Below the pieces are notes generated by a model, which was not told the origin of the DNA, ran no database searches, and was given only the letters and a program-made list of their open reading frames with translations. This document shows, piece by piece, positions 23,132 to 37,080 of a DNA stretch of 64,000 bases. Numbering within the stretch: the stretch's first letter is position 1; each line of letters begins with the position of its first letter. The stretch comes from Heptranchias perlo (taxonomy: Eukaryota): contig NC_090333.1 in the NCBI RefSeq assembly GCF_035084215.1, positions 36,766,001 through 36,830,000 of the forward strand, in the 5' to 3' direction. The position numbers and the translations under genes are program-made.

Positions 23132-26100
23132 ATGGTTGTAGTAGGCGACAGTCTAGTTAGGGGGATTGACACTGTTCTCTGCAGCCAGGAGCATGAGTCC
23201 CGAAGGCTATGTTGCCTACCCGGTGCCAGGGTTAAGGACATCTCCTCCGGAGAAGAACTTGAAGTGGGAGGGGGAGGATCCAATTGTCATGGTCCATGTA
23301 GGTACCAACGACATAGGTAGGACTAAGAAAAAGGTTCTGCTGAGAGAGTTTGAGCAGCTAGGGACTAAATTATAAAGCAGAAACACAAAGGTAATAATCT
23401 CTGGATTATTACCCGAGCCATGAGCAAATTGGCATAGGGTCAATAGGATCAGGGAGATGAATGCTTGGCTCAAAGATTGGTGTGGGAGAAGTGGGTTTCG
23501 ATTCGTGGGGCACTGGCACCAGTACTGGGGAAAGAGAGAGCTGTTCCGTTGGGATGGACGACACCTGAACCATGCTGGGACTAGAGTTCTCGTGAATCGA
23601 GTAACTAGGGAGGTAGATAGGGCTTTAAACTAAATAAGGGGGGGAGGGTCCCGGTGGAGAGAAATCTAGAATGCTAAAGAGAAAAGACAAAGAAGCAGTG
23701 CAGGAAAGTGATTGGGGTAAGGATAACCAGATTGTGTCAGGAAGGGACAGAGCGCACAAACAAAAGACAAAAAACAGGGTCCAGGTAAGAAAAAATGGTA
23801 ATAAGACAAATAGGGCCATAGTACAAAATAATGTTAAGATGTCTAAAAATGTTAAAAAGACAAATCTAAAGGCACTGTATCTGAATGCACGAAGCATTCG
23901 TAATAAGGTAGACGAATTAACAGCGCAAATAGATGTAAACGGATATGATATAATAGCAATTACTGAGACATGGCTGCAGGTGACCAAGGCTGGGAGCTGA
24001 ATATCCAAGGGTATTCGATATTTAGGAAGGACAGACAAAAAGGAAAAGGAGATGGGGTGGCGTTGTTAGTAAAGGATGAAATCAAAGCAATAGTGAGAAA
24101 GGATATTGGCTCAGAAAATCAAGATGTAGAATCAGTCTGGGTGGAGTTAAGAAGCACCAAGGGGCAGAAAACACTGGTGGGAGTTGTCGATGGGCCTCCA
24201 AACAGTGGTGGTAATGTAGGGGATGGGATCAAACAGGAAATTAGAGAAGCATGTAACAAGGGTACTACAGTAATCATGGGTGACTTTAATCTGCATATAG
24301 ACTGGCCAAACCAAATTAGCAATAATACTGTGGAGGATGAATTCCTGGAGTGTGTACGAGATTTTTTTTAGACCAGTACGTTGATGAGCCAACCAGGGAA
24401 CAGGCTATCCTAGATTGGGTATTGTGCAAGGAGAAGGGGTTAATTAATAATCTTGTTGTGCGGGGTCCTTTCGGGAAGAGTGACCATAACATGATAGAAT
24501 TCTTCATTAAGATGGAAAGTGAAGTAGTCCAATCCGAAACTAGGGTCCTAAATCAAAACAAAGGAAACTACGAAGGTATGAGGAGTGAGTTGGCTATGAT
24601 AGATTGGGAAGCTTCATTAAAAGGCATGACGGTGGATAGGCAATGGATAACATTTAAGGAACGCATGCATGAATTGCAACAATTATACATTCCTTTCTGC
24701 TGCAAGAACACAAAAGGAAAAGCGGCCCAACTTTGGCTAACAAAAGAAATTAAGGATAGTATTAGATCCAAAGAGGAATCATATAAAGTTGCCAGAAAAG
24801 GTAGCAAGCCTGAGGATTGGGAGCAGTTTAGAATTCAGCAAAAAAGGACCAAGAGATTGATTAAGAGGGGAAAAATAGAGTATGAGAGTAAACTTGCAAG
24901 GAACATAAAAGTGGACTGTAAAAGCTTCTACAAGTATGTAAAAAGAAAAAGATTAGTGAAGACAAATGTAGATCCCTTACAGTCAGAAATTGGAGAATTT
25001 ATAATGGGGAACAGGGAAATGGCAGAGCAATTAAACAAATACTTTGGTTCTGTCTTCACGGAAGAGGACACAAATGACTTCCCAGAAATGTTAGGGAACC
25101 AAGGGTCTAGTGAGAAAGAGGAATTAAAGGAAATTAGTATTAGTAAAAAAAGTGCTGGAGAAATTAATAGGACTGAAAGCCGATAAATCCCCAGGACCTG
25201 ATAATCTGCATCCTAGAGTACTAAAAGAGGTAGCCATGGAAATAGTGGTTGCATTAGTTGTCATCTTCCAAAATACAATAGATTATGGAACAGTTCCTGC
25301 AGATTGGAGGGTGGCAAATGTAACCCCACTATTTAAAAAAGGAGGGAGAGAGAAAACAAGGTACTACAGACCGGTTAGCCTAACATCAGTAGTAGGGAAA
25401 ATGCTAGAGTCTATTATAAAGGATGTGATAATAGGACATTTAGAAAATATCAACGGGATTAGACAAAGTCAACATGGATTTATGAAAGGGAAATCATGTT
25501 TGACAAACCGACCGGAGTTTTTTGAGGATGTAGCTGGTAGAATAGATAAGGGAGAAACAGTGAATGTGGTTTATTTGGATTTTCAGAAGGCCTTTGATAA
25601 AGTCCGACATAAGAGGTTGGTGTGCAAAATTAAAGCACTTGGGATTGGGGGTAATATACTGGCATGGATTGAAAATTGGTTAACAGACAGGAAACAGAGA
25701 GTAGGAATAAATGGGTCTTTTTCGGAGTGGCAGGCGGTGACCAGTGGGGTACCGCAGGGATCAGTGCTTGGTCCCCAGCTATTCACAATATATATCAATG
25801 ATTTGGATGAGGGAACCAAATGTAATATTTCCAAGTTTGCTGACGACACAAAACTAGGTGAGATCGTGAGTTGTGAGGAGGATGCAAAAAGGCTTCAAGG
25901 CGATTTAGACAAGTTGAGTAAGTGGGCAAATACATGGCAGATGCAGTATAACATGGATAAATGTGAAGTTATCCACTTTGGAAGGAAAAACAGAAAGGCA
26001 GAGTATTATTTAAATGGTGACAGATTGGGGAATGTTGATGTACAAAGGGACCTGGGTGTCCTTGTACACCAGTCACTGAAAGCAAACATGCAGGTGCAGC

Positions 26101-26778
26101 AAGCAGTTAGGAAGGCAAATGGTATGTTGGCCTTCGTTGCAAGAGGATTTGAGTACAGAAGCAAGGATGTCTTACTGCAGTTATACAGGGCCTTGGTGAG
26201 ATCACACCTGGAGTATTGTGTGCAGTTTTGGTCTCCGTACCTAAGAAAGGATATACTTGCCATAGAGGGAGTGCAGCGAAGGTTCACCAGACTGATTCCT
26301 GGGATGGCAGGACTGTCGTATGAGGAGAGATTGGGTCGACTCGACCTGTATTCACTCAAGTTTAGAAGAATGGGAGAGGATCTAATTGAAACATATAAAA
26401 TTCTGACAGGGCTAGACAGACTGGATGCAGGGAGGATGTTTCCCCTGGCTGGGGGGTCCAGAGCGAGGGGTCACAGTCTCAGGATACGGGGTAGGACATT
26501 TAGGACTGAGATGAGGAGAAATTTCTTCACTCAGAGGGTAGTGAACCTGTGGGATTCTCTACCTACCACAGAAGGCTGTGGAGGCCAAGTCACTGAATAT
26601 ATTTAAGATGGAGGTAGATAGATTTCTAGACACAGAAGGCATCGGGGGCATGGGGAGAGAGCGGGAATATGGTATTGAGATAGTGGATCAGCCATGATCA
26701 TATTGAATGGCGGAGCAGGTTCAAAGGGCCGAACGGCCTACTCCTGCTCCTATTTTCTGTGTTTCTATGTTTCTGTGC
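23132..26778 (+). mobile_element. Long CR1 LINE: ORF1 SGNH-esterase part plus complete but frameshifted ORF2 (EN+RT)
   Basis: VVVGDSLVRG, HVGTND; YLNARSI, AITETWL, MGDFN, SDHN; [26 protein letters not shown]; tail ttctgtgtttctatgtttctgtg. Lies antisense in SHISAL2A intron 1. Confidence 0.95.
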
Positions 26779-27509
26779 TTTTTGGGCAATTGATTGAAAA
26801 CCAAATATAAAGCTGCCAGGACTCAGTAAGACTGACAGCCATGAAGACATGCTAAAATCCAAGAAGTTTACACTCGGCTTGTAGCAGTTGCCCAAAACCC
26901 ATGTTTCTAGGAATTGGTGGCAGTGAGGTGAGTCTCGCACAATGTAAAAGAGCAATAGGTACTTTTATCTCGAGGTAGTGCCCGTTTCCCTCCATCAATG
27001 GCACTCACAAATACTGCACAAGAACAGGAGCTGCATTTCCACTCTATTCTTAGCTGATGGCCTGCAAGGGTTTACATGCTACTTACTGACAGGATAAGTT
27101 CCATTTCTCTGTGGGTTTTACACTTAATTTCTAACATCTGTGTAAAATAATCTTAAGCTCACATCTAGTTCTATTCGGAGTAAAGGAGTCAGGACTGTGC
27201 TACAGTTGTGTCTTTGCATGGACTGTTGCTCTCACTGGGTGTTCATTTTTGGTTTCAATTAATTATGTGTTTGAATTAAATCACAAACGCCGTTGCTGTG
27301 AATCTACTGTTAAAGCGCAACCCGGTAAAGTGACTCTTACTTTTGCTTCTCACTCTGTTTAAAGAGAGAATATTAGAAACAGCAAAACTGAGTTCATCGT
27401 CCTTTGTCAGGGTTTCTTGGAGGATGCTGTGGCTGAGCTTTTATTGGATACTATTGTTTTTTTAAAATAGAATAGAATATTTTAAAGCACAATGAATTAC
27501 TTGTCTTAC

Positions 27510-27691
27510 CTTAACCACCACATGTAGCTGTACTCGTAAGGGAAGAAACTGTTGGGGTCATCGCAGCAGTATTTGATATCATTAAAGCCGCAGCAATATT
27601 TGGCGCCTATGTCGCTGTCCGATTTGGGACACATGAAGCCCGAAACTAAGGCGTTTTCGGCGTTGTAATAGCCGCTACAATCCGCACTCAT
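27510..27691 (-). CDS. SHISAL2A: SHISAL2A (FAM159A) coding exon 1, Cys-rich Shisa-like domain
   Basis: Kozak gtcaccATG at 27691; MSADCSGYY..FMCPK..YCCGFNDIKYCCDDPNSFFPYEYSYMWWL; donor AG|gtaag at 27510/27509; 182 nt. GPX7 lies upstream on the same strand, as in human. Confidence 0.95.
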
Positions 27692-28075
27692 GGTGACCTC
27701 GGAGAGAAAGATCGGCAAACACCCGGGAGTCCAGCGATCGAAGGAGACGAGTCCCAATGTGGGGGAAGGTGTTGGGGTTCAAGTAAAGTTAGAAACCTTC
27801 GGAAGAGCCGGGGATTGAGTCCAAACAAAGTCAGGTAAAGTGGTCCCGCCGCTCGCCACCGCTGCCTGACTCCTGAGTGATCCGCTCAATGAGAAGTTGC
27901 TCAGGAACCGGCTCCAAACCTCACTCTGGGGAGTAATGGGAAGTAAAATTGTCTTATTTATTTGCCGCTGGCGCTCTGCGGTGCGCGACGTGCGCTTCAC
28001 AACAAGACAACGCACAGGGTTCATCACTGACCTCGCCTGAGCAACTGGGAGAGCTTCAGCCGGAACCCGCACCTC
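27530..28075 (-). promoter_or_regulatory. CpG-rich promoter/5' UTR region of SHISAL2A
   Basis: CpG density is clearly above background over and upstream of exon 1. TSS not located. Confidence 0.65.
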
Positions 28076-28593
28076 ACTGTTTGAATGTTGATTTGTCTGA
28101 AACCATTAACTTTGTTTCGGCAGACAGTTTCTCGTTAGTATTCCGATTCTCACGCAACAGTTCTTTCATAGTTGGAACCTAGAGATAATTGCTTTACTGG
28201 AGTAAACCCCTGAAGGTCTGAAGCAAAATGTATTTGCTCACCTGCGTTTTCAGCTCACTCATGGAACGAGTCCATTCTGGGTGGTAAATAAGTAAAATCA
28301 CTTTCACTGTGCCCCTTTGTGGTGCTTTTTTTTTTCTCTTTCTCTGTCCCTGTGGTTCTCTCACTGGGTTCCTTTATATTTTCTGAAATCATGCTCCCCT
28401 GGGGAATGTGCCTTTGATTTCTCGCTCCGGCAGGTTGAGTCTCCCGCCGGGAGCACAATTTCATAACATGGCCCTTGCAATTTTAGCATTGCTGTGAAGT
28501 GATTTCTGCTTCCCACATCTACTGAACTTGTAATGTAATCAGAAGGACAGTGCCTAATCTGACTCCAGAACAATCCAGATTGAGGCTTCCTGC

Positions 28594-29572
28594 ATAAGAA
28601 CATAAGAAATAGGAGCAGGAGTAGGCCAAACGGCCCCTCGAGCCTGCTTCGCCATTCAATAAGATCTTGGCTGATCTTCGACCTCAACTCCACTTTCCCA
28701 CCCGATCCCCATATCCCTTGATTCCCTTAGAGTCCAAAAATCTTTCGATCTCAGCCTTGAATATACTCAACGACTCAGCATCCACAGCCCTCTGGGGTAG
28801 AGAATTCCAAAGATTCACAACTCTCTGAGTGAAGACATTTCTCCTCATCTCAGTTCTAAATGGCCGACCCCTTATCCTGAGACTATGTCCTCTAGTTCTA
28901 CACTCTCCAGCCAGGGGAAACAGCCTCTCAGCATCTACTCTGTCAAGCTCACTCAGAACCTTATATGGTTCGATGAGATCACCTCTCATTCTTCTGAACT
29001 CCAGAGAGTGTAGGCCCATTCTACTCAATCTCTCCTCATAGGACAACCCCCTCATTCCAGGAATCAATCTAGTGAACCTTCGTTGCACTGTCTCTAAGGC
29101 AAGTACATCCTTCCTTAGGCACGGAGACCAAAACTGGACACAGTGCTCCAGGTGTGGTCTCACCAAAGCCCTGCACAATTGCAGCAAGACTTCCTTACTC
29201 TTGTACTCCAAACCCCTTGCAATAAAGGTCAACATACCATTTGCCTCCCTTATTGCTTGCTGTACCTGTATGTTAACGTTCTGTGTTTCGTGGACAAGGA
29301 CACCCAAATCCCTCTGAACACCAACTTTAATAGTTTCTCACCATTTAAAAAATATTCTGTTCTTCTGTTCTTGCTACCAAAGTGAATAACCTCACATTTC
29401 TTCACGTTATACTCCATCTGCCAACTTCCCGCCCACTCACCTAACCTGTCTATATCCCTTTGCAGACTCTTTCCATCCTCCTCACAGCTTACTTTCTCAC
29501 CTAGCTTTGTATAGTCAGCAAACTTGAATACATTACACTCAGTCCCTTCATCTAAGTCATTAATATAGATTG
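28594..29572 (-). mobile_element. CR1 LINE 3' fragment, relatively young
   Basis: 207-aa ORF LVRPHLEHCVQFWSP..RGHSLRI..NLWNSLP; tail ataagaacataagaa on +. Confidence 0.92.
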
Positions 29573-29663
29573 CAGGAGAGAGTTTCACACCACTTCCCTT
29601 TGATAGGAACTCAGAATGTAAATCTACCGTGGTGTCAAATGAGGTGTATAAAATCCCTTATTA

Positions 29664-32600
29664 TCATAGTAGGTACAGCACAGGAGGAGGCTATTCGGCC
29701 CATCATGCCTGTGTCGGCTCTTTAGAAGAGCTATCCAATTAGTCCCATTCCCCTGCTCTTTCCCCATAGCCCTGTAATTTTTTTCCTTCAAGTATTTATC
29801 TAATTGCCTTTGAAAGTTATTATTGAATCTGCTTCCACCATCCTTTCAGGCAATGCATTCCAGATCATTACATCTCGCTGCGTGAAAAATATGTTTCCTC
29901 ATGTCACCTCTGGCTCTTTTGCCGATTACCTTAAACCTGTGTCCTCTGGTTACCGACTCTTCTGCCACTGGAAACAGTTTCTCCTTATTTACTCTATTAA
30001 ACCCCTTCATGATTTTGAACATCTCTATCAAATCTCCCCATAACTCCTCTGTACTAAGGAGAACAACCCCTGCTGCTCCAGTCTCTCCATATAACTGAAG
30101 TCCCTCATCCCTGGTACCATTCTAGTAAATCTCTTCTGCACCCTCTCTAAGGCCTTGACATCCTTCCTAAAGTGTGGTGCCCAGAACTGAACACAATGCT
30201 CCAGCTGAAGCCTAACCTGTTTTTATAAAGGTTTAGCATAATTTCCTTGCTTTTGTACTCTATGCCTCTATTAATAAAGCCCAGGATCCCATATGCTTTT
30301 TCAACAAACTTCCCAACTTGTCCTGCCACCTTCAAAGATTTGTGTATGTGCACCCTAGGTCTCTCTGCTCCTGCACCCCCTTTAAAATTGTACCATTTAG
30401 TCTATATTGCCTCTCCTCATTCTTCCTACCAAAATGTATCACTTCACGCTTCTCTGCATTAAATTTTATCTGCCATGTGTCTACCCATTTCACCAGGCTG
30501 TCTATATCCTCCTGAAGTCTGTTACTGTCCTCCACATTGTTTACTATATTTCTGAGTTTCGTGTCATCTGCAAACTTTGAAATTACACCCTTTATACCCA
30601 AGTCCAGGTCATTAATATGTATCAAAAAGAGCAGTGGTCTTAGTACTGACCCCTGGGGAAAACCACCGTATACTTCCCTCCAGTCTGAAAAACAACTGTT
30701 CACCACTACTCTCTGCTCTCTTAGCCAATTTTATATCCATGCTGCCACTGTCTCTTTAATCCCATGGGCTTTAATTTTGTTAACAAGTCTATTATGTGGT
30801 ACTTTATCAAATGCCTTTTGAAAATCCATATACACAACATCAATTACACTACCCTCATCAACCCTTTCCATTACTTTATCAAAAAACTCAATCAAGTTAG
30901 TCAAACACAATTTTCCTTTAACAAATCCATGCTGACTTTAATTTATTAGCACATACTGTTCCAAGTGCCAATTAATTTTGTCCCGGATTATTGTCTCTAA
31001 AAGTTTCCCCACCACCGATGTTAGGCTGACTGGCCTGTAATTGCTGGGTTTATCCTTCTCTTTTTTGGAAAATTTGCAGTCCTCCAGTCCTCCGACATCA
31101 TCCCCATATCTAAGGAGGTTTGGAAGATTACTTCCCTCCATAACCTTGGATGCATCCCATTTGGACTTGGTGACTTTTCTACTTTGAGTACTGCCAATCT
31201 TTTAAGTACCTCCTCTTTACATATTTTTATCCTATCCAATATCGCTACTACCTCCTCCTTTAGGAACATAGGAACAGGAGTAGGCCATTTAGTCCCTCGA
31301 GCCTGTTCCACCATTCAATGAGATTATGGCTTATCTGTGACCGTACTCCATTTACCCGCTGTAGCCCTATATCCCTTAATACCTTTGGTTAACAAAAATC
31401 TATCAATCTCAGATTTAAAATTAACAATTGAGCTAGCAAAAAACTGCCATTTGTGGAAGATAATTTCAAACTTCTACCACCCTTTGCATGTAGAAGCGTT
31501 TCCTAACTTCACTCCTGAAAGTCCTGGCTCTAATTTTTAGGCTATGTCCCCGAGTCCTAGACTCCCCAACCAGCAGAAATAGTTTCTCTCTATCTACCCA
31601 ATCAGTTCCCCTTAATATCTTGAAAACTTCGATCAAATCACCCTTAATCTTCTAAACTCCAGGGAATACAACCATGGTTTGTGTAATCTCGCTTCATAAT
31701 TAAATCTACGCTGCACTCCCTCCAAGGCCAATATATCCTTCCTAAGGTGCGGTGCCCAGAACTGAACACAGTACTCCAGGTATGGTCTAACTAAGGCTTT
31801 GTATAGTTGTAGCATAACTTCTACCCCCTTGTATTCTAGTCCTCGAGATATAAAGGCCAACATTCCATTAGCCATTTTGGTTATTTTCTGTACCTGTCCA
31901 TGACATTTTAATGTTCTAGATACATGGACCCCTAGGCTTCTTTGGACCTCCACTGTTTCGAGCTTTTCACCATTTAGAAATTACTCTGATCTATCCTTTT
32001 TAGGTCCAAAGTGGATGACCTCAAACTTGCTTACATTGAAATCAATTTGCCACATTTTTGCCCATTCACTTAATCTATTATCTCTCTGTAATTTTATGCT
32101 TCCATCTACATTGCTTACAGTGCTACTTATCTTTGTGTCATTGGCAAACTTGGATATGTGGCTCTCAATCCCATCATCTAAGTTGTTAATAAATACAGTG
32201 AATAGTTGAGACCCCAACACAGAGTCCTGTGGGGCACCACTAGTCACATTCTGCCAATTTGACTATCTGCCCACTGCTGCTCAGCCAATTTCCTAACCAG
32301 GTCAGTAACTTGTCCTCAATTCCATGAGCTTCAACTTTAGCTAACAGTCTCTTATGAGGGATTTTATCAAATGCCTTCTGGAAATCCATATAAACATATC
32401 TATAGACATTCCCATTCCCTTGTCCACTACTTTAGTCACCTCTTTTTAAAAATTCAATCAGGTTCATCAGGCATGACCTACCCTTTACAAATCCATGCTG
32501 GCTCTCTCTGATCAGCTGAAAATTTTCAAGGTGTTCAGTCACTCTATCCTTAATCATAGACTCTAGTAATTTTCCGACAACACATGTTAGGCTAACTGGT

Positions 32601-34950
32601 CTATAATTCCCTGGTTTCTCTACCTCACCTTTCTTAAATAGCGGAGTGACACGTGCAATTTTCCAATCTAAAGGAACGGTTCCTGAATTGAGAGAACTTT
32701 GGAAGATTATAGTTATGGCATCTGCAATGTTCTCACCTACTTCCTTTAAAACTCCGGGATGGAAACCATCTGATCCTGGGGATTTGTCACTCTTTAGTGC
32801 CATTATTTTCTTCATTACTGTTAATTTGCTTACGTTAATTATGGTGAGTCCCCGTCCCTGATTCAAAATTAGTTTCCTTGGGGCGTCTGGCATACTAACC
32901 TCTTCCTCTCCTGTAAATACTGACACAAAGTAATTATTTAACACATCCACCATTTCCTTATTTTCATTTACAATATTACCATTGTCAGTTTTTAAGGGGC
33001 CTATATTGCTTTTGACTACCCTCTTTTTCCTAATATAATTGTAAAAAACTTTTGTGTTGATTTTGATATCCCTTGGAAGTTTCTTTTCATACTCCCTTTT
33101 TGTAGCTCAAACTATTTGTTTTGTCACCCTTTGCTGTTCTTTGTATCTCTCCCAATTGCCAGGCTCTGTGCTATTTTTTGCATTCTTGTATGTTTTTTTT
33201 AGTTTTATGTTGTCCCTTACCTCTTTTGTCATCCATGGCTGTTTTTTTTGGCAAGTAGAGCTCTTGCCCCTTAGGTGTATAAACTGGTTCTGTATCACGT
33301 TAAATTCTTTTTTGAACACTTCCCTCTGATCTTCTGTCGTTTTACCCATTAACAGATTTGCCCAGTTTGCTGTGGACAGTCTCTGTCTCATCACATTGAA
33401 GTTGGCCTTATCTAAATTTAGAATCTTAGTAGCTGATATGGGTTTCTCCCTTTCAAATACAACGTTCAACGCGATTGTATTATGATCACTATTAGATAAA
33501 TGTTCATGCACTGTTAGGCTGTTAAGCAAATCTGGCTCATTATCATTATTAAATCTAATATGGCCTGCCCCCTTGTTGGTTCTAGAACATATTGTTGCAG
33601 AAAGCCGTCCTGAACGCACTCAAGAAATTCGCTAGCTTTCTGACATGAGCTCGCCTGCTTCTCCCAATCGATATGAAAATTAAAATCCCCCATTAAAACC
33701 ACTCTGCCTTTGCTACATGCTTGTCTAATCTCTGCATTTATACATTCTGCCACTTCGTAGCTGCTACCATGGGGCCTATACACAACTTCTTCTACAGTCT
33801 TAAATCCTTTTCTATTTCTTAATTCTACCCATAGTCTCCACTGCCTGCTTACCTCTCGTTATATCCTCTCTTACCATTAAAGTAATTTCATCCTGCTACA
33901 ATGGCAGCATCCTCTTCTCTAGAGAAAATGGATACAATGTATATATTTAGTACATCAGCCATGCCCTCTGCTTCCACAAGATCTTTTTTGTCTCTAATCG
34001 GTCCCACCCTTCCTTTGACTACCCTTTTACTATTTATATGTTTATAAAAGACTTTTGGGGTTCCCTTTTATGATTGCCATTAATCTATTCACATACTCTC
34101 TCTTTGCCCCTCATTCCCTTTTTTAGATCTCCTCTGTACTTTCTGTAATCAGCCTGGTTCTCTACTGTGTTATGAAACTTACATTCGTCATAAACCTCCT
34201 TTTTCTGTTTCTTTTTAATCTCTATATCTTTAGTCATCCAGGGAGGACTAGCTTTGGATGCCCTTCCTTTCCCCCTAGTGGGAATGTGTCTACGCTGTAC
34301 CCAAACCAACTCCTCCTTGAAGGCCTCTCATTTACTGTTTTGCCTACCAATTTTTAATTCCAATCCACCTGGCCAAGATCACTTTTTAACTCACTAAAAT
34401 TAGCCCTCCTCCAGTAAAGCATTTTCACATTTGATTGTTCCTTGTCCTTTTCCATAACTATTCGAAACCTAATGATATTATGATCACTGTTCCCTCAATG
34501 CTTCCCCACTGAAACATGCTGCACCTGTCTCATTTCATTTCCCCAGACTACATCCAGCACTGTTTCCTTCCTGGTTGGGCTGGAAATACTCTGTTCCAGA
34601 AAGTTCTCTTGAACACATTTCAGGAATTCCTCCCCCTATTTGCCTTTTACAGTGTTACTGTCCCAGTCCATGTTGGGATAATTGAAGTCCCCAATTATCA
34701 CTATTCTGTAGTTCTTGCATCTTTCTGTAATTTGCCTGCAAATTTGCTCCTCTATCTCCTTCCTACTATTTGGTGGCCTATAGTATACACCCAGTAGCGT
34801 AATAGCTCCCCTATTGTTCCTCAATTCTAACCAAATAGATTCTGTCTTTGACCCCTCAACTACATCAACCCTTTCTAGTACTATAATAGTTTCTTTGAGC
34901 AATACTGCCACCCCCACACCCACTTTCTTTCCTTCCTTATCTTTCCTGAA
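29664..34950 (-). mobile_element. CR1 LINE (EN to 3' end) split by a nested CR1
   Basis: RT and 3' part at 29664-31260 (KFADD); linker and EN part at about 33893-34950 (GVYYRPPNS, IGDFNYP). Confidence 0.8.
31262..33892 (-). mobile_element. Nested CR1 LINE (EN-RT-3' end)
   Basis: Its own tail aggaacataggaacagg at 31262 interrupts the host element. Motifs LMGDFNFH, SDHN and NYRPVSLT. Confidence 0.85.
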
Positions 34951-35884
34951 TCCCTTTGACCTCCTGGATACTTTTTACACTTAATCTAGCAGACCATAAA
35001 ACGCCTAGTAAATAGTTTATTTTTAAAGGAACCCTTAGCAAAATTTGCTTTCAAGTTTGGTTTTAAAGATATCAATATTTTTTAAACATAACTCTTTTTA
35101 CAAGTTCAGTAACCTCAGACGGGCAACATGAGATCCGTCCACCTGATCACAAATAGCAGTTCTACACTGACTGGCCATGTCCTTTTGGGCTCACTGCTCT
35201 CCTGCAATGCCATCTCCTCCAACTTGGACTGATGTTCTCCTGCATAGTCAGCTGCTCCAATCTGGATCTGCTGCTGCTCTCCCATTAAACAGCTACTTCT
35301 ATTTCTTGCTCCATTAGTTTTCCTTTTTGAATTCTGCAGGGCTGAAAATTTGGAAAAGGCTGTGCTCGGTACTACTATTGTAGATTTAGGATTTATCCGT
35401 CAATAACCACTGAGAATAACATTTCTACCAGTTACAATTATTCAATCTTTGCTACAGTATCTGTTACTTGGAGACTACTTTAATGAAAAATTGGAAAATT
35501 TTAACAATTTTCTACCATATAACAGTAGTACCATATCAACCTACTGCCTCCATATTAATTTCACCAACTGCCAATTACTATATCTCAGAACAACAATTCT
35601 GTATCACCAGGTACACAACAGTCCACACAGAATAAGCTTAAAAAAAATTTGTGAAGTTAATACACATGTTAAAAACATGTCAGCACTTATTTTACAAAAC
35701 AAGAAATTACAAGCAAGTCAGCTTGCCTAGCTCACTCAGCTCAAAGATTCTGCACCTAAAGCTGCCCAATGATATATTTTTCTGTAACTCACCAATTCCT
35801 TTTAAATGTCCTCTATGAATATCAAGCCGCACAAGGCAAACTTATATCAAAGACATACAAGTTAAACTTACCGATCAGGAAACT

Positions 35885-36559
35885 GGCCCAGCATTTCCAT
35901 AAATGGCACAACTGGCTAATATCTACACCGATCTTACAGTGGGCAACTTACGCTGAAATTTCCTGAGAATCTCATTAGCATGTGCCAAAACGTAAAAACT
36001 GGTGTACAACAGGAAGAAATCAGTGTAAACAAATGGGGCCTGAGGAAAGTACGGAACTTATGCCGTATTCCTTCTTTTATGTATAAAAATTAAAGTTTGA
36101 AGCCATCAAACCATCCTTTATGCACACAAGGCACAGCATTTTTAAGAAAATCCAATCATGGAAGCTTTTCACTTTTTAATGTAACTTATTGTGATGCCAT
36201 AAAAACGCATTCAAAGATACAGAAAATACAATGTAGGTGAGGAAAATAAATAAAAAATACTGCTTAAAAATCACCATTAAACAGAAATATGACTTTGGGA
36301 CCTGCTGAACCTAGAATTTTAGGCATAAACTTACGCTTGTTCAGAACTGGCATAAATTTAGGAAACTCGCATTCTTTGGTCTTTTGCATGACCGTGAGCT
36401 GCAGAGGGTTTCAGCAAAGGTTTCACTGAATCGGCACAAAAGTTCAAGGAAACTTGGGCGTTGCATAAAATGAATCTACTCAATCTTTTGCACTGAAAAT
36501 CGGCATTATGCCATACTTATGCCATTGTTTTGGCATACATTTCCAGGAAATTCCGGGCC
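35885..36559. mobile_element. Harbinger-type MITE
   Basis: TIRs ggcccagcatttcc / ggaaattccgggcc, flanked by act/acc. Confidence 0.6.
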
Positions 36560-36879
36560 ACCAAGCGCTGAGTTTGAAAGGTAACGTTCAAGGGTAAATC
36601 CTACTCCATACGTATGGGGTGAAGTTATAAATGAGTAAAATTCAGTGACTCTCATAAGATGAGAGTTCAATATTACAGTGCTTCTATTCAAAATTCTCAC
36701 CTTCATATCAGCTGGTGCCCACAACTATGTATTCTCTTTGTTGTTTCTCATTTGAGCCTGCACATTCCTATCAACTGTTGCTCTCCCCTTCCAGCACTAT
36801 GATAATTAGATGGCAACTATTCCTCCCAACTCTACTTCTGGTTCCCTTGCCTTTTTGAAACCTTTTCTCCATGTATCTA

Positions 36880-37080
36880 TTCTGCTGATTTTAAATCAGC
36901 AGCGAGACCCCAAACTGAAGCTAGGAGTCGGGAGCAAGAGTTGCAATTTAAATACCAAAGTGGCAGAGTATTGGGGCCGATAAATATGTACTCTGCTCCC
37001 CTAGCAATTTAAATTCTGCCTTCTGACTCTTCAGTCCCAGCTTTCATCAGGGAGAGCAGCACACGTGCATAAAATCAGCT
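36880..37080. repeat. Imperfect palindromic element with a partial second copy at about 37740-37825
   Basis: Nested inverted arms gctgatttta..taaaatcagc, gagtc..gactc, atttaaat..atttaaat, gcagagta..tactctgc. Confidence 0.6.

Noticed and set aside
27692-27757. N-terminal extension of the exon 1 ORF (MGLVSF..)
   Set aside because: It starts at TTG; the family start and Kozak ATG are at 27691.
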